This document shows, in pieces, positions 37,495 through 48,757 of a stretch of 64,000 nucleotides of DNA. The stretch covers positions 33,337 to 97,336 of the forward strand of contig CALKIU010000069.1 in the NCBI GenBank assembly GCA_937995745.1, in the 5' to 3' direction. A program made the position numbers and the translations under genes. Under the pieces are notes generated by a model. The model was given only the letters and a program-made list of their open reading frames with translations, ran no database searches and was not told the DNA's origin. The DNA comes from an uncultured Bacillaceae bacterium. Lineage in GTDB: Bacteria > Bacillota > Bacilli > Bacillales > Cytobacillaceae. How positions within the stretch are numbered: position 1 is the stretch's first letter; each line of letters starts with the position of its first letter.

Positions 37495-37523
37495 TTCAAA
37501 ATATGCTACATTATCTTTATAAT
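37495..37523 (+). promoter_or_regulatory. Candidate sigma-A promoter for nadA
   Basis: TTCAAA-17 nt-TATAAT, preceded by the direct repeat ATTTGTTCA x2 (37479..37498). Confidence 0.35.
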
Positions 37524-37603
37524 CTATGTATATATAAAAACGGAGTAAGTTTTAAAAAGGAACGGATCAAAAAAGATTGATTGAATAAACGGGGGAAAGG
37601 ATT

Positions 37604-38710
37604 TTGAACATTCTAGAAACGTTTCAATCAAAAGTGACACTCATTCCAGACAAGTACAGAAAAATGTCCGTGGAAGAATTGGAAGAACGCGTACGTGAAT
37701 TAAAAGGAAAATTCGGGAGCAAGCTCTTTATTCCCGGACACCACTATCAAAAAGACGAGATCATTCAATTTGCGGACAGCACGGGCGACTCCTTGAGATT
37801 GGCGCAGCTTTCGGCGGAAAATCGCCAGGCGGAGCATATTGTCTTTTGCGGTGTTCATTTTATGGCAGAAACGGCCGATATTTTGACAACGAAGGAACAA
37901 AAGGTCTATCTTCCGGATTTGCGCGCCGGTTGTTCCATGGCTGACATGGCGGACATCCACCAAACAGAACGGGCCTGGGATAAATTGCAGGACCTTTTCG
38001 GGGACACGATTCTTCCGCTCACTTATGTTAACTCCACAGCCGCCATCAAAGCCTTTGTCGGAAAAAAAGGCGGCGCCACTGTTACCTCATCCAATGCTGA
38101 AAAAATGGTGAAATGGGCATTTACACAGAAGGAACGGGTGTTTTTCCTTCCGGATCAGCATTTGGGAAGAAATACGGCCTATAAACTCGGAGTGCGCCTC
38201 GATGAAATGGCCGTGTGGGATCCGGCAACGGATGAGCTCGAATATGACGGAGATTATCAAAATATTAAAGTGATCCTTTGGAAAGGTTATTGTTCCGTTC
38301 ACGAAAACTTTACGGTGGAAAATGTCAAAGCGGTCAGGGAAAAATATCCGGATATGAAGATCATAGTCCATCCGGAATGCCGTCACGAAGTTGTTGCGTT
38401 AGCGGATGATGCAGGTTCGACCAATTATATTATTAAGCGGATTGAAGAAGCCGAACCTGGAAGCGCATGGGCCATCGGTACGGAACACAATCTCGTGAAC
38501 CGTCTCATTAAAAACCATCCGGACAAGCATATTATTTCCTTAAACCCTTTTATGTGCTCATGTCTGACCATGAACCGCATTGACCTGCCCCATCTTGTCT
38601 GGTGTTTGGAGTCCGTCGAAAAAGGAGAAGAACATCATCTCATTACCGTTGAAGAAGAAGTGGCGGAATATGCAAAAATAGCCTTGAACAGAATGCTGTC
38701 CCAATCGTAA
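37604..38710 (+). CDS. nadA: Quinolinate synthase
   Basis: 368 aa, type with an N-terminal extension. Conserved Cys ligands (CGVHFM, CSMA, CSVHE...HPEC). TTG start behind GGGGGAAAGG. Confidence 0.9.
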   Translation: MNILETFQSKVTLIPDKYRKMSVEELEERVRELKGKFGSKLFIPGHHYQKDEIIQFADSTGDSLRLAQLSAENRQAEHIVFCGVHFMAETADILTTKEQKVYLPDLRAGCSMADMADIHQTERAWDKLQDLFGDTILPLTYVNSTAAIKAFVGKKGGATVTSSNAEKMVKWAFTQKERVFFLPDQHLGRNTAYKLGVRLDEMAVWDPATDELEYDGDYQNIKVILWKGYCSVHENFTVENVKAVREKYPDMKIIVHPECRHEVVALADDAGSTNYIIKRIEEAEPGSAWAIGTEHNLVNRLIKNHPDKHIISLNPFMCSCLTMNRIDLPHLVWCLESVEKGEEHHLITVEEEVAEYAKIALNRMLSQS

Positions 38711-38729
38711 TGGAATCATGTCAAGAAAT

Positions 38730-38815
38730 GCTGTTTCATCTTGCGGGTGCGGCCTTTTGCCCGAATGTGACAAATGGACAAAACCCGCTTGTGACTGATG
38801 AAACAGCTTTTTTTT
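38730..38815 (+). terminator. Long compound terminator after nadA
   Basis: GCTGTTTCATC (38730..38740) pairs with GATGAAACAGC (38797..38807), followed by T8. The 56-nt loop contains an inner GCGGGT/ACCCGC helix. Confidence 0.5.
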
Positions 38816-39065
38816 ACTCATAATCGATCTTGCAGATGCATATGTTTTTGTGAAGATTGTTAGCAAATTGCTCACATTTTTATACTTATCAGAACATTTC
38901 GGTCCGTTCTGAAAGGTAAGACGGAGCAGACAAGAAGCCGGAGGAGCAGTTTTGCCGGCAAGACAGAGCCTCAAAGGCGGTTGTGCCTGTCTTGCGCCGG
39001 GGAACGCCGAAAACCTGCCACAGTCCCAATGAAGTGACTCACCTGATGTATAGGAGGTTCTCACA

Positions 39066-40577
39066 GTGAAAATCCACATTGTACAGAAAGGGGATACTCT
39101 TTGGAAGATAGCGAAAAAATATGGTGTTGATTTTGAAGAGTTGAAGAAAATAAATTCACACTTGAGCAATCCGGATATGATTATGCCGGGGATGAAAATC
39201 AAAATTCCGGCCGCGGGAGACACGGTGAAAATGGGGGACGGTAAGAAAGGTTTTTGGGGGGCAAAGAAAGAGATTCCCTTAAAAGAGTATCCCAAGGAAT
39301 TCCCCTTAAAGGAAGAGGCGGTGGAAGTTCCCGTTAAGGAACCCGCCAAAGAAATTCCCAAACCTCCGCCTCCGAAAATGGAAGAACCGGCTCCGAAACC
39401 GCCTCCGGAAAAAAAGGAACCAAAGAAGGTGATGCCAAAAACAGAACCACCGAAAACACCTCCCGCACCGGAGGCAAAAAAGATTTTGCCCGAGGCCAAG
39501 CCTGAAAAAAAGAAACCTGTCAAACAGGAAGTGAAAGAATTAAAAGCAAAACAACCATTCGTTCCTAAAATGCCGAAGCCGATCATTCCGGAATCGGACA
39601 TTAACAATTATTACATGTTCACGATGTCCAAATTGCAGGCTCCGCAGCAACTTTCCCCTCAATTAGCCGCCCAGCCCATGTCAACACCGCAATATCCCCC
39701 GCTTCAGGAACAGTCTGCAGACATGCCCAAAAAACATACACCCCAGTCAAAACAAATGAAAGCAAAAGGTTCATCTGTTTCACCCGAAGTGTTTGGCGAA
39801 TCTATGGATGATTCTTCCAATAATACGGAAACAGGAGGTTATTCACAACCTATGTATTCATATTATCAACCCCCCTATTCCACTTTGCCTGCCGGTTACG
39901 GACACTCTCCCGGTTATGGCGCCCCGTATCAAGCCTATCATGGAATGATGCCCGGCCCGATGCCGTATGGAGGATACGGCGGCCAAGGCCATGTCCATCA
40001 TTACGGTTCTTATGATGATGAATCGTCCTATTTGCCGCAGCCGTATGCGGGGACATCTGCGGGAATGTACGGTGCCAATCCGCCGGGGCAAGTGATGGGG
40101 GCATATGATTATCAAATGCCGCCCAACATGCCGGCCAACATGCCTGCAAACATGCCGGCCAATATGCCCGCTAATATGCCGGCTAACTTGCCGCCGTCAA
40201 CGGCACCAAGCGCTGTGGCACCCGCTGCGCATATGGGACCGTGGTGTCCGCCGTATCATGCCCCTCTCTTTCCGGTTTCTCCGGTCATGCCCGGACCGGG
40301 ACCTGTTCCCCTTTTTTCCCAACCGGCGGGGGCAGCCTCTGACGGATGCGGATGCGGCGGAAGCGCCATGATGGGGCCGTACGGTTACGGAGCAGGTCCA
40401 TTCGGACCGGTGCAGCCGGGCGGCTACTATTATCCTTTTGCTCCTGCGGCAATGGGTTATGGAGGTTTTGATATGGCGGGAGCCGTTCCGCCTTATATGA
40501 ATCCTTACGGAGGAGGAATGTCCGGTTTTTCCAGAGAAGAAGAGGAAAACAAGGAAGATCAGGAAAATGAAAATTAA
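39066..40577 (+). CDS. safA: Spore coat assembly protein SafA (LysM + Pro/Gly/Tyr/Met-rich region)
   Basis: N-terminal LysM MKIHIVQKGDTLWKIAKKYGVDFEELKKINSHLSNPDMIMPGMKIKIP, then low-complexity PK-rich and PGYM-rich regions. GTG start behind AGGAGG. Confidence 0.8.
   Translation: MKIHIVQKGDTLWKIAKKYGVDFEELKKINSHLSNPDMIMPGMKIKIPAAGDTVKMGDGKKGFWGAKKEIPLKEYPKEFPLKEEAVEVPVKEPAKEIPKPPPPKMEEPAPKPPPEKKEPKKVMPKTEPPKTPPAPEAKKILPEAKPEKKKPVKQEVKELKAKQPFVPKMPKPIIPESDINNYYMFTMSKLQAPQQLSPQLAAQPMSTPQYPPLQEQSADMPKKHTPQSKQMKAKGSSVSPEVFGESMDDSSNNTETGGYSQPMYSYYQPPYSTLPAGYGHSPGYGAPYQAYHGMMPGPMPYGGYGGQGHVHHYGSYDDESSYLPQPYAGTSAGMYGANPPGQVMGAYDYQMPPNMPANMPANMPANMPANMPANLPPSTAPSAVAPAAHMGPWCPPYHAPLFPVSPVMPGPGPVPLFSQPAGAASDGCGCGGSAMMGPYGYGAGPFGPVQPGGYYYPFAPAAMGYGGFDMAGAVPPYMNPYGGGMSGFSREEEENKEDQENEN
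40116..40199 (+). repeat. 12-nt tandem repeat x7 encoding (M/L)P(A/P)N within safA
   Basis: ATGCCGCCCAAC ATGCCGGCCAAC ATGCCTGCAAAC ATGCCGGCCAAT ATGCCCGCTAAT ATGCCGGCTAAC TTGCCGCCGTCA. Confidence 0.85.
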
Positions 40578-41550
40578 TCAGCCGGGAGACGATTTGTTTA
40601 CCGATCGTCTCCTTTTCTATTTGCAAAGGAAATTTCCTTTTCCGGTCCAAAAGATTATTCCTGTCAAAAAACAAGTTTATAAAATACAAACAAATGACCA
40701 AATCTTTATCTTAAAAGGTTTTTGTTCTTATCGACATTTGAAGATTCAACGCGAATTTGCCGATTGTTTGATGAAGGAAGGATTTGCCGGCACGTGCCCG
40801 TTTTTACATTTACATGAGGAGCCGTTGTTTTTCCAAGGTTATTATTACGGATGCCTGAAATATTTGCCTCCCGCCCCCGTTCCCTTTTCCTTCAAGAATG
40901 CCCGCGACAGGCTCCGGGGATTGGCGCTGCTTAAAAGATATCATCAAGTTTCCGGCCGGCTCGTGAAATTTTTTGAATCTGACATTGCGCGCCACAACAT
41001 TTTGCAAAAATGGCGCCAACGGACGGCATCATTTTTAAAAAATCTCGCCATGATAAAATATTTCGTTCAAAAAGAAATATTGGCTGAAATGCTGATGTGG
41101 GCGGACTGGTCATTGAAGGGGCTCGGACAATGCAGCCGGCGGAGAAAAGAAAAAAGGACTGTTATATTGCACGGGGATGTTGCCGATCATAATTTCCTGC
41201 TTGCCCGTGATGGCTGTCTATATTTAATTGATTTTGATTTAATCAAGATCGGCGATCCCCTGTGGGATTATCTTCAATATGCCAGCAGGATCCTTCCGTT
41301 TCTCAATTGGTCCGTAACGGAACTGAAAAGAATGGAAGAAATTTCCCGGTTTTTCCGCGAAGACGCATTTATTTTTGCCCTTGCTTATCCGGCAGATATT
41401 TTTAGGGAGTGGAATCGTGCCATCCGGGAAGGAAGCTTTGCCAGACAGGATAAACTGGAATTTCTCTTCCATATCACTGTGGAACAGTTTTCGGAGCGGC
41501 AAAAATTTTTTAAAGACCTGCAAAACTTGGCGGATAAAATGGCCCGGTGA
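40567..41550 (+). CDS. CotS/YutH-like phosphotransferase-fold protein
   Basis: ILHGDVADHNFLL (HxDxxxxN) and YLIDFDL (DFD) motifs. ATG overlaps the safA end by 11 nt. Confidence 0.6.
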   Translation: MKINQPGDDLFTDRLLFYLQRKFPFPVQKIIPVKKQVYKIQTNDQIFILKGFCSYRHLKIQREFADCLMKEGFAGTCPFLHLHEEPLFFQGYYYGCLKYLPPAPVPFSFKNARDRLRGLALLKRYHQVSGRLVKFFESDIARHNILQKWRQRTASFLKNLAMIKYFVQKEILAEMLMWADWSLKGLGQCSRRRKEKRTVILHGDVADHNFLLARDGCLYLIDFDLIKIGDPLWDYLQYASRILPFLNWSVTELKRMEEISRFFREDAFIFALAYPADIFREWNRAIREGSFARQDKLEFLFHITVEQFSERQKFFKDLQNLADKMAR

Positions 41551-41769
41551 TTCTTGTCCCGCCTGTTCCTTCTTCGGGGAATCATTCCCTCGTTTTCAAT
41601 TATACATCTGTCAATTGCAAGCAATCTTTTTTAAAAGCGGTCTCCCGCCGCCGGATACCCTTATTTTGCAAGAGATTGGTTTTTTATGACAGTATGAAAA
41701 ATCGGCCCCCTCACAATCTATAAGTAAAGAGCATTTTATTTTCTTGACTTTAGAAAAGAGGGGGTATGA

Positions 41770-42360
41770 ATGTTGCACTCCGTGTGGAAGAAGTTTTTAT
41801 TGTTGACAGCAATCTGTGCGCTTGCCGGTTGCGGGGCGGACAATGACGAGGCAGGGCAAAACAGGGATACCGTTCCGATCGGTTATTATTCTAATGAAAA
41901 TCATGACAATGGGCGGGGCTTTTTCCGGCATGAAGATGATAATGACGGTCCTTTAACGGAAATAATGGACCATACTTTCGGGAAAGAAGGCACCGCCCCC
42001 CGTCCGGCCGGCAGCAGACAGCAGCGCGATGCAAATAAAAAAGCGGGGGAAACGACTGAATATATTGAAAAAACCACTGCTTCCGCCAAAAGTGTTCCCG
42101 GGGTGGAAGATGCGGCCGTGATTTTTTCCGGAAACCGCGTTTTGGTGGCTGTTCGGATCGCAGACGGCAACCGGACGGATAAAATACGGACTGCTGTTGA
42201 AAAACAGGTGAGGGATCGTCTGAACGTACATTCCTTGACAGTTGTTGCCGACAAACGGGTATACGAACGGGTGAAGCGGCTTGAAAATGAATTGCGAAAC
42301 GGCAAGGTGTCGAAACAGGTCAGGGAAGAGATTGAAAATATGCTGCGATTTCAAAAATAG
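41770..42360 (+). CDS. coxA: YhcN/YlaJ-family sporulation lipoprotein (CoxA-like)
   Basis: Lipobox LTAICALAGC. C-terminal block SVPGVEDAAVIFSGNRVLVAVRI...SLTVVADKRVYERV is typical of the family. Position downstream of safA, as B. subtilis coxA. Confidence 0.6.
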   Translation: MLHSVWKKFLLLTAICALAGCGADNDEAGQNRDTVPIGYYSNENHDNGRGFFRHEDDNDGPLTEIMDHTFGKEGTAPRPAGSRQQRDANKKAGETTEYIEKTTASAKSVPGVEDAAVIFSGNRVLVAVRIADGNRTDKIRTAVEKQVRDRLNVHSLTVVADKRVYERVKRLENELRNGKVSKQVREEIENMLRFQK

Positions 42361-42414
42361 TGGAAGGAAATGAAAAGGAACGCTGGCGGGGAAACCGTGG
42401 TCAAAAAAGAGCAA

Positions 42415-42456
42415 AGCCTCATTCCCGGGGTTTGCTCTTTTTTTGTTCCGGATGCC
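42415..42456 (+). terminator. Intrinsic terminator after the coxA-like gene
   Basis: AAGAGCAAA...TTTGCTCTT hairpin followed by TTTTT. Confidence 0.6.
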
Positions 42457-42573
42457 TAATGTTTGGTATGGCCGCCACAAAGAAAATGAAAGCGAGTTGG
42501 GATAATTTTGCAATATTTGACCATAATACGATTGAAGACGGATGGCAATTTGCTGCAGGGTGGAGGTGACAAT

Positions 42574-43119
42574 GTGAAAAAATCGGGACATTCCACTGCA
42601 GTTACCTTTTTTACCTTCCTGGCCCTCCTGACCGTCATCGGGAGTTTCGTTTGTTGGGACACGCAAGCGGAAGCGGTTGATAAAAAGAAAACGAAACCGG
42701 CTCCCGTGACGATGAAAGTCATTTTGGAAAGAAAATATTTGGACGGGGAGATCAGCCAGGAAACATTCGAGGAAACCGTCATTTCATTCGAGGATTTTTG
42801 GAAGAAGTACAGCGGCTGGCAGCTTGTGGACCTGGATTTCAACAAGGTTGTGTTCAGGGAAGAAGTGGATGATATTTCCCCTTTGCTGAAAGCTAACGGT
42901 TATTTTGGTATTGCCGCCGACGGCACATTGTCGATTTTCAACGGAAAGCCGGATGAAGCCAATGTGATTCAATCCTTTTACCAGCTGGACGTGGGCAAAC
43001 TGGAAAGCGCAAAACATGCGGAATTAAAGAAAGGCATTCCGGTCAGAAACAAGGAACAATTTGTAAAAGTATTGGAAACTTTTAAGACCTATACATTTCC
43101 GGAATCGAAAAAAGAATAA
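42574..43119 (+). CDS. bofC: BofC (bypass-of-forespore C; SpoIVB checkpoint regulator)
   Basis: Signal peptide, then KVILERKYLDGEISQE...ISPLLKANGYFGIAADGTLSIFNGKP...FYQLDV. GTG 42574 behind GGAGGTG. Upstream of ruvA, as in B. subtilis. Confidence 0.8.
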   Translation: MKKSGHSTAVTFFTFLALLTVIGSFVCWDTQAEAVDKKKTKPAPVTMKVILERKYLDGEISQETFEETVISFEDFWKKYSGWQLVDLDFNKVVFREEVDDISPLLKANGYFGIAADGTLSIFNGKPDEANVIQSFYQLDVGKLESAKHAELKKGIPVRNKEQFVKVLETFKTYTFPESKKE

Positions 43120-43143
43120 GAAGGCCGGTACGGCGATAATCCT

Positions 43144-43187
43144 GCAAGTGTGCCATTTAAAACGGTGTCCGCCACTTGCTTTTTTGT
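43144..43187 (+). terminator. Intrinsic terminator after bofC
   Basis: GCAAGTG...CACTTGC hairpin followed by TTTTTTG. Confidence 0.5.
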
Positions 43188-43574
43188 TTTCAGAAAGACA
43201 GTCCACGGAGAAAAATGTCCGCTTCTGGCCGTTTGGGAAAACACTTCGGAATAAAGACAATGGTTTTTGTTTACTCTCTCTCGCCGTCTCCTTGTTTCCA
43301 CCGCAATGGTCCCCTCCCTTGACATGCATTTTCTTCATACAGGGCGTCATGTACGCCTGTTTTTTGTCCGCATTGCTTTTGTCAAAATGATATAACACTT
43401 TCTCTTTTAAAGTTTGGTTGCAGTGCTGTTCAATTGTTTGGTTTTTTAGCCGTCTTATCTCTAACGCTTCCCGCCGCCGGTGGCAAAACCGAAAGCCTCC
43501 TCCGTTACGCCCATTTTTTTCAACACTGTTGCGGGTAATATGGTACAATGAAGTACAGCAAAAGAGAGAGGCGG

Positions 43575-44192
43575 ATGTCATTGTTTGACTTTATTCAAGG
43601 GAAAGTGGACTATGTCTGTCCGGAATATATTGTCATTGAAAATCAAGGGATCGGCTATCAAATTATCACCCCCAATCCGTTTGTTTATGCCGGCAAACTC
43701 CATACGGAGGTAAAAGTGTACATATACCACTATATGCGCGCGGAAATGATGGCTTTGTACGGTTTTTCATCGCGCGCAGAGAAAATGATGTTCGAAAAGC
43801 TGCTAACCGTATCCGGCATCGGTCCTAAAGGTGCATTGGGCATATTGTCTGCCGGAAGTCCGGAACAAATCGTCCAGGCGATTGAAAATGAAGATGAGGC
43901 TTTTTTGCGCAGATTCCCCGGTGTTGGAAAAAAAACCGCCCGGCAAATGATTTTGGATTTAAAAGGAAAGTTAAAAGATGTGATTGCGGGAATATCCCCG
44001 GAAAAATGGCAAGTCGCCGCGGCGGAAACAGTTGCAGGCGGAAATGACCGGGAGCTTGAGGAAGCGCTCCTCGCTTTGAAAACGCTTGGTTACACGGACA
44101 AAGAAATTCACACTGTCCTTCCCGAATTGAAAAAAGAGCAAATGACAACGGAACAATATATTAAAAAAGCGCTTCGCACCCTTGCGAAATAG
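43575..44192 (+). CDS. ruvA: Holliday junction branch-migration complex subunit RuvA
   Basis: [14 protein letters not shown]...[13 protein letters not shown]...[19 protein letters not shown] (HhH motifs). An extended -10 TGgTACAAT lies at 43541..43549. Confidence 0.9.
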   Translation: MSLFDFIQGKVDYVCPEYIVIENQGIGYQIITPNPFVYAGKLHTEVKVYIYHYMRAEMMALYGFSSRAEKMMFEKLLTVSGIGPKGALGILSAGSPEQIVQAIENEDEAFLRRFPGVGKKTARQMILDLKGKLKDVIAGISPEKWQVAAAETVAGGNDRELEEALLALKTLGYTDKEIHTVLPELKKEQMTTEQYIKKALRTLAK

Positions 44193-44355
44193 CTTAAAAG
44201 CTATCGTTTCTTTTTGCCCGCCCCGAAATCCCATATACCGGGGAGCAGTTTTCGCCGCACGCCGAATAAAGGAATGGCTCAAAGTCATGAAAAGCGGTCC
44301 GCAGTAACGACTGCTGTTTGGGATACGGGAGGAAATATCAGGAGGTGATAGGGAA

Positions 44356-45354
44356 ATGGATGAACGAATTGTTTCTGCTGAGGCGGACGGTCAGGATCTT
44401 TCATTCGAATGGAGTTTGCGGCCGCAAACATTAAAGGAATATATCGGCCAGGAAAAGTTAAAGGACAATCTCGCGGTTTTTATTGAAGCGGCCAAAATGC
44501 GGGCCGAACCGCTTGACCATGTGCTCCTCTACGGTCCTCCCGGGTTGGGAAAAACGACTCTCGCCGGAATTATCGCCAATGAAATGGGCGTCAACATCCG
44601 GACGACTTCCGGACCGGCCATTGAACGTCCCGGCGATTTGGCGGCCATTTTGACGGCTCTTCAACCGGGCGATGTGTTATTTATTGATGAGATTCACCGT
44701 CTCCACCGCTCTGTTGAGGAAGTGTTGTATCCGGCAATGGAAGATTTTGTTCTTGACATCGTTGTCGGAAAGGGGCCGGACGCCAGATCCATCCGCGTTG
44801 AACTTCCGCCCTTCACCCTTGTCGGCGCGACCACAAGGGCAGGGTTGCTTTCCGCTCCTTTGCGGGACCGTTTTGGTGTAATCAGCCGGCTTGAGTTTTA
44901 CAATGTGGAAGAATTGACGAAAATTGTGCTGCGGGCGGCTGACATTTATGATACGGAAATTGAAGAAGAGGCGGCGGCCGAAATTGCGAAACGTTCACGG
45001 GGAACACCCCGGATCGCCAACCGTTTGTTAAGAAGGGTGAGGGACTTCGCCCAAGTGCGGGGGAACGGCCGGATTGATTTGCTTTTTGCCGAGGAAACAC
45101 TGGAATTATTACAAGTTGATCGTTTAGGGCTGGATCATATTGACCATAAATTATTAAAGGGGATTATAGAAAAATTCCATGGCGGCCCCGTCGGTCTGGA
45201 AACGATCGCGGCGACGATCGGCGAGGAAGCGCAAACGATTGAAGATGTGTACGAACCTTATTTGCTTCAAATCGGGTTTTTGCAAAGGACGCCGCGGGGA
45301 AGGGTCGTTACGGAAGCGGTTTACCGTCATTTTCAGATGGAGGTGCCTGAATGA
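44356..45354 (+). CDS. ruvB: Holliday junction ATP-dependent DNA helicase RuvB
   Basis: Walker [10 protein letters not shown], Walker B LFIDEIHR, sensor and winged-helix regions. Confidence 0.95.
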   Translation: MDERIVSAEADGQDLSFEWSLRPQTLKEYIGQEKLKDNLAVFIEAAKMRAEPLDHVLLYGPPGLGKTTLAGIIANEMGVNIRTTSGPAIERPGDLAAILTALQPGDVLFIDEIHRLHRSVEEVLYPAMEDFVLDIVVGKGPDARSIRVELPPFTLVGATTRAGLLSAPLRDRFGVISRLEFYNVEELTKIVLRAADIYDTEIEEEAAAEIAKRSRGTPRIANRLLRRVRDFAQVRGNGRIDLLFAEETLELLQVDRLGLDHIDHKLLKGIIEKFHGGPVGLETIAATIGEEAQTIEDVYEPYLLQIGFLQRTPRGRVVTEAVYRHFQMEVPE

Positions 45355-45557
45355 CAGGGATTCCGAAATTCCTCATGATAACCGGTGCGATCATCTTCAT
45401 CATCGGTTTTCTCATGCAGTTTATCCATCTTGGGAGGCTTCCAGGTGATATCGTTATTAAAAAGGGAAATTTCACTTTTTATTTTCCCATCGTTACGTCC
45501 ATTTTAATCAGCGTGCTTTTGACTCTCATTTTTTATTTCATCGGCAGAATCCGTTAA
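45351..45557 (+). CDS. DUF2905 small membrane protein (YrzS-like)
   Basis: 68 aa with two TM helices. [20 protein letters not shown] motif. ATGA overlap with ruvB. Confidence 0.7.
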   Translation: MTGIPKFLMITGAIIFIIGFLMQFIHLGRLPGDIVIKKGNFTFYFPIVTSILISVLLTLIFYFIGRIR

Positions 45558-45599
45558 AATAATACTTGTTCACAGCATGCAACAGTGAGGGTGACGTTT

Positions 45600-46628
45600 T
45601 TGAAAACAGACTTGTTTGATTACCATTTGCCGGAGGAATTGATTGCCCAGACGCCCTTGAAAGACAGGGCAAGCAGCAGGTTGATGGTACTGGACAGGAA
45701 GAGCGGAAACATCCGGCATGATGTCTTTAAAAATATTAAAAATTATCTCCGCAAAGGAGATTGCCTCGTTTTGAATGATACGAAAGTTCTTCCTGCCCGA
45801 CTCTTCGGTATCAAAGAAGGGACCGGGGCAAAAGTGGAAGTCCTTCTACTGAAACAAAACAATGGGGATATTTGGGAAACACTGATTAAACCGGCGAAAC
45901 GGATTAAAAAAGGAACGACGATTTCTTTCGGGGAAGGGCTTTTAAAAGCTCGCTGCCTTGAAGAATTGGAACACGGCGGCCGTCTCCTCCAATTTGAATA
46001 TGACGGGATTTTTTACGAAATTCTTGACCGGCTCGGTCAAATGCCGTTGCCTCCATACATAAAGACCCAGCTTGAAGACAAAGATCGCTATCAAACGGTT
46101 TACGCACGGGAAAGAGGTTCGGCGGCGGCTCCGACGGCGGGGCTGCATTTTACCGAAGATCTTCTTGAAGAAATACAAGCGATGGGTATTCATTTGGCCT
46201 ATCTCACCCTCCATGTGGGACTGGGCACGTTCCGTCCTGTCACGGCGGAGGATGTGACCGAGCATGAAATGCACGCCGAGTTTTATCATATGTCTGAAAA
46301 GACGGCGCAGCTGCTTAATGAAGTGAGACGAAAAGGCGGAAGAATCATTTCCGTCGGAACGACATCGACAAGGGCTTTGGAAACGATCGCCGGGCTGCAC
46401 GACGGCAAGTTTGCCGCCGCGAGCGGCTGGACGGATATTTTCATCTATCCGGGCTATGATTTTAAAGCGATCAACGGTTTGATAACGAACTTCCATCTTC
46501 CGAAATCGACGCTGATCATGCTTGTCAGCGCCTTTGCGGGACGGGAACGGGTTCTCCGTGCTTATGAAACGGCCGTCAAAGAAAAGTACCGCTTTTTCAG
46601 TTTTGGAGATGCGATGCTCATCATTTAG
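45600..46628 (+). CDS. queA: S-adenosylmethionine:tRNA ribosyltransferase-isomerase
   Basis: [19 protein letters not shown]...; TTG 45600 behind GAGGGTG gives 342 aa. GTG 45585 is an alternative start. Confidence 0.9.
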   Translation: MKTDLFDYHLPEELIAQTPLKDRASSRLMVLDRKSGNIRHDVFKNIKNYLRKGDCLVLNDTKVLPARLFGIKEGTGAKVEVLLLKQNNGDIWETLIKPAKRIKKGTTISFGEGLLKARCLEELEHGGRLLQFEYDGIFYEILDRLGQMPLPPYIKTQLEDKDRYQTVYARERGSAAAPTAGLHFTEDLLEEIQAMGIHLAYLTLHVGLGTFRPVTAEDVTEHEMHAEFYHMSEKTAQLLNEVRRKGGRIISVGTTSTRALETIAGLHDGKFAAASGWTDIFIYPGYDFKAINGLITNFHLPKSTLIMLVSAFAGRERVLRAYETAVKEKYRFFSFGDAMLII

Positions 46629-46654
46629 ATCAATGTCACAGGAGGTTCAACTGA

Positions 46655-47797
<1,143 letters not shown>

Positions 47798-47945
47798 ACA
47801 TCCCCCGTTGGGAAGTGCTCCGTATGACAAACTCCGTAAAGATTTTTTCTTGTTTGGGGAAAGTTGCGGAGAGCTGGGAGCAGCTTCACGAATTCATTGT
47901 GAATACTTTTAGCAGCCAAATTTTTTGCAGAGGAGGGAAAACAGG

Positions 47946-48209
47946 ATGGAGCAGTATATTTATACGTTGTTGCCGCTGATTTTAATGTTTGTCCTTTTTT
48001 ACTTCTTGCTCATCAGACCGCAGCAAAAGCGTCAAAGAGAAATTCAGCAAATGCAAAGCGCGCTGAAAAAGGGTGACAAAATCGTTACGATCGGCGGGCT
48101 CCACGGGATTGTGGATGCCGTTGACGAAGGAACGGTTGTCATCAAATGCGGCGACGGCACACGTCTTACATATGATCGTTCCGCGGTAAGGGAAGTTATT
48201 AAGGACTGA
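47946..48209 (+). CDS. yajC: Preprotein translocase subunit YajC
   Basis: LLPLILMFVLFYFLLIRPQQKRQRE...GDKIVTIGGLHG. Confidence 0.85.
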   Translation: MEQYIYTLLPLILMFVLFYFLLIRPQQKRQREIQQMQSALKKGDKIVTIGGLHGIVDAVDEGTVVIKCGDGTRLTYDRSAVREVIKD

Positions 48210-48246
48210 GGCAAATGAGCCAATGTGTCCGCTTCTGACTGAAAAT

Positions 48247-48285
48247 AAGAGGATGCCCGTAAAATTGGGCTATCCTCTTTTTGTT
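48247..48285. terminator. Terminator between convergent yajC and the yrzE-like gene
   Basis: AAGAGGAT...ATCCTCTT hairpin followed by TTTG. Confidence 0.6.
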
Positions 48286-48394
48286 TGAAAGACATTCCAA
48301 ATCTTTGAAAGAACGCGAGAAACGGTCAAAGACTGAGGTTTGTGCCGGTTGGATTATGAAGCGGTCTTTTTTGGTTCGGAGTGAGGGCAGCCCC

Positions 48395-48757
48395 TTATGC
48401 GTTCCGCGTATTTGCGGCTGTGAAATTAACTCCGAAAATTCCGCCCATTGCGGCCGTCAATATGCAGCAGGCGTGGTAAATAAGCTGTTTCAATGAAAAC
48501 AGGCTGTCATAGCCAAGATATTGGTAAAGAAAAATAATGAGCGAATAGACAATGCCGGTCAGTCCACCGGCAAGCCATCCGTTCTGTTTGCTCTTGCCGC
48601 CGGATATGAAACCGCCCAAGAATATGGAGACAAAAGAAACGACGGTAATGATTATGTTCAAGGAAGATTCTTCAACAGAAGTGAAACGGAGAATAAGGGA
48701 AAAAATCGTGCTGCTGAGGACGGCCAATAAGAAAATGGTTAAAATTCCGTATAACAC
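48395..48757 (-). CDS. YrzE-like (TIGR04086-type) small membrane protein
   Basis: 120 aa with four hydrophobic helices. GGFISGGKSKQNGWLAGGLTG motif. GTG start with a weak RBS. Confidence 0.55.
   Translation of the reverse strand: MLYGILTIFLLAVLSSTIFSLILRFTSVEESSLNIIITVVSFVSIFLGGFISGGKSKQNGWLAGGLTGIVYSLIIFLYQYLGYDSLFSLKQLIYHACCILTAAMGGIFGVNFTAANTRNA

Noticed and set aside
38558-39607. 349-aa minus-strand ORF (Gly/Ser/Phe-rich)
   Set aside because: It mirrors the low-complexity PK-rich part of safA and the end of nadA. It spans a strong plus-strand terminator, which is implausible for a real gene.
40116-40199. Regular 12-nt repeats as a possible CRISPR-like or regulatory array
   Set aside because: The units are contiguous without spacers, in frame inside safA, and encode a tetrapeptide repeat.
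41953-42666. 237-aa minus-strand ORF
   Set aside because: It is antisense to the coxA-like lipoprotein gene and crosses its terminator and the bofC start.
43024-43581. 185-aa minus-strand ORF spanning the bofC-ruvA spacer
   Set aside because: It overlaps the bofC 3' end, its terminator and the ruvA promoter and start. It has no RBS and an unremarkable basic composition. The ~390-nt spacer itself showed nothing I could support.
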